From NCBI GenBank assembly GCA_050698295.1, contig JBOHBL010000057.1, positions 1-33,419 of the forward strand: 33,419 bases of DNA. Reading direction: 5' to 3'. Below, in pieces: positions 32,167 through 33,419 of this stretch. The first letter of the stretch is position 1. Each line of letters opens with the position of its first letter. The position numbers and the translations under genes are program-made. The notes beneath the pieces are model-generated. The model was not told where the DNA came from. It did not search any database and saw nothing but the letters and a program-made list of their open reading frames with translations. This DNA is from Rubrobacteraceae bacterium (GTDB lineage: Bacteria; Actinomycetota; Rubrobacteria; Rubrobacterales; Rubrobacteraceae).

Positions 32167-33419
32167 TTTCCGTCCTCCTTAGCCTCGAAGGGACGGCGAC
32201 CGAAGAAGCTTTCGCGCGAACCGACAAGCCGCCAGATGAACATCAGGATCACGCCCGCCAGAAAGGTGCCCGCCCCGATGACGAACGGCAGGCCAAGCCC
32301 TAAGAGGGAACTGCCGGTGTAGGAAGCGGTCGGGTCGGCGAGTTCGGGAACGGCGCGGATGAGGAGGAAGATGAGGGCCGTGGCCCCGAGCAGCGGAGCG
32401 AGGCCCATGAACACGAAGTTCTTCACGCTCTTGAAAAGCTCTTTCCGGTAGTAAATGGCGCAGGAGATTCCCACGAGCGTGTAATAGAAAGCTATGAGCA
32501 GCGTCAGCGCGGAGAGGGTGTCGAAGAGGAAGTTCTGCGAGAAGACGTTGAGCGGCACGTACCACGCCGTGGCGAGAGTCCCGATGGCGATGGCCGCCAC
32601 GTGGGGTGTGCGGAAGCGGGGATGCACTTCGCCGAGCCTCGCCGGGAGCGCCCGCGCGCGGGCCATCGAGAGGGCGGTGCGCGAGGCCGAGACGATCACG
32701 GTCTGCGTCGAGGCAAGCCCGGAAGTGAACACGGCGAGTACCACGAGCTTGCCCCACGTCGAGCCGAGGACGCCGGCGGCGAGGGTGCTCAGGATGGCGT
32801 CGTCGTCGGCGAATCGGCCCACGGTCTCCGGCCCCCCGAAGGCGACCACCGCCGTGGTCACGGCGACGTAGGTGACGAGGAGTATGACCGTGCTCGCCAC
32901 GGCCGCCAGCCCGGGAGCCGACGCGCTATGCTCGGTCTCTTCGTTGAGCGTGAGCGTGACCTCCCATCCCCAGTAGATGAAGACCGCGATCAGGAGCCCG
33001 GTAACCAGCGCGCCTCCATCGGAGACGGCGAACGGCGAGAACCACGAGGCTTCCGGCGCCACCGAGCTTGCCTGGGCGCTCCCGGTGTAGACCCGAAACA
33101 GCGCGATCACCGCGAACACGAGCAGCGCCCCGACCTGAGCCGCGATCAGGACGTTCTGGAAACGGGCCGAGGGTTCGACGCCGTATACGCAGATGGCCGT
33201 CGCCACGGCGATGAAGAGTACGGCCAGCGCACTCACCGCCGCCTTCGATGTCGCGGCGGACTCCCACCCGATGAACAGCAAGCCGTAGCGGGCGGCGACG
33301 TCCGCGAGAGAGCCGATCACGAACACCAGAGAGATGCCCATGGCCCACCCGCCCATCCAGCCTGCCCACGGTCCCAGCGCCCTGGTGGCCCACGCGAAGG
33401 TGGTGCCGCAGTCCTGATC
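32163..33419 (-). CDS. APC-superfamily amino acid / polyamine permease (5' end outside the window)
   Basis: The frame is open to the window edge (..GTTFAWATRALGPWAGWMGGWAMGISLVF..). There are multiple TM segments. The C-terminus ..FEAKEDGK carries the AAGGAGG SD for the next gene, and its TGA overlaps that gene's ATG. Confidence 0.8.
   Translation of the reverse strand, partial: DQDCGTTFAWATRALGPWAGWMGGWAMGISLVFVIGSLADVAARYGLLFIGWESAATSKAAVSALAVLFIAVATAICVYGVEPSARFQNVLIAAQVGALLVFAVIALFRVYTGSAQASSVAPEASWFSPFAVSDGGALVTGLLIAVFIYWGWEVTLTLNEETEHSASAPGLAAVASTVILLVTYVAVTTAVVAFGGPETVGRFADDDAILSTLAAGVLGSTWGKLVVLAVFTSGLASTQTVIVSASRTALSMARARALPARLGEVHPRFRTPHVAAIAIGTLATAWYVPLNVFSQNFLFDTLSALTLLIAFYYTLVGISCAIYYRKELFKSVKNFVFMGLAPLLGATALIFLLIRAVPELADPTASYTGSSLLGLGLPFVIGAGTFLAGVILMFIWRLVGSRESFFGRRPFEAKEDGK

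Overview
High-GC (about two thirds G+C by eye), densely coding window that looks actinobacterial; I cannot assign a taxon from the sequence alone. I saw no rRNA, tRNA or CRISPR array.

Gene content falls into four blocks:
- **1-12.1 kb, mostly + strand.** A DsbA/HCCA-isomerase-like gene, then a GAF-PucR regulator divergent from a putative (R)-3-hydroxybutyrate / ketone-body utilisation locus. That locus holds a secreted alpha/beta hydrolase, three paralogous MHS-type MFS transporters, 3-hydroxybutyrate dehydrogenase and acetoacetyl-CoA synthetase.
- **12.2-14.6 kb.** Convergent coaA (pantothenate kinase) and a CoA-disulfide-reductase-like flavoprotein.
- **14.8-18.0 kb, - strand.** An orphan two-gene operon: a signal-peptide-less subtilisin (S8) protease, then a bifunctional amidase_2 + lytic-transglycosylase wall hydrolase with a C-terminal membrane anchor. 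sodA follows.
- **19.0-33.4 kb, all - strand.** A tightly coupled amine / guanidino-compound to succinate catabolic supercluster: APC permease, flavin amine oxidase, 54-aa membrane peptide, NCS1 permease, two ureohydrolases, SSS symporter, GabD, a second ALDH, an AAC(6')-Ib-like GNAT and a CrtI/COG1233-type flavoprotein.

The most striking observation is a 1,214-bp TnpB-only (IS200/IS605-type) element with an intact RuvC triad. It sits exactly inside what was an ATGA stop/start overlap between a ureohydrolase gene and the SSS symporter gene. It is flanked by TCAT on both sides, so the empty site can be rebuilt base by base.

Three short intergenic repeat families also recur: a 28-30 bp perfect palindrome, TAG-N4 heptad arrays, and a ~73-bp REP-like element. 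Gene annotation does not explain them.

Most long ORFs in the six-frame track are Arg/Pro/Gly-rich shadow frames of real genes and were rejected.
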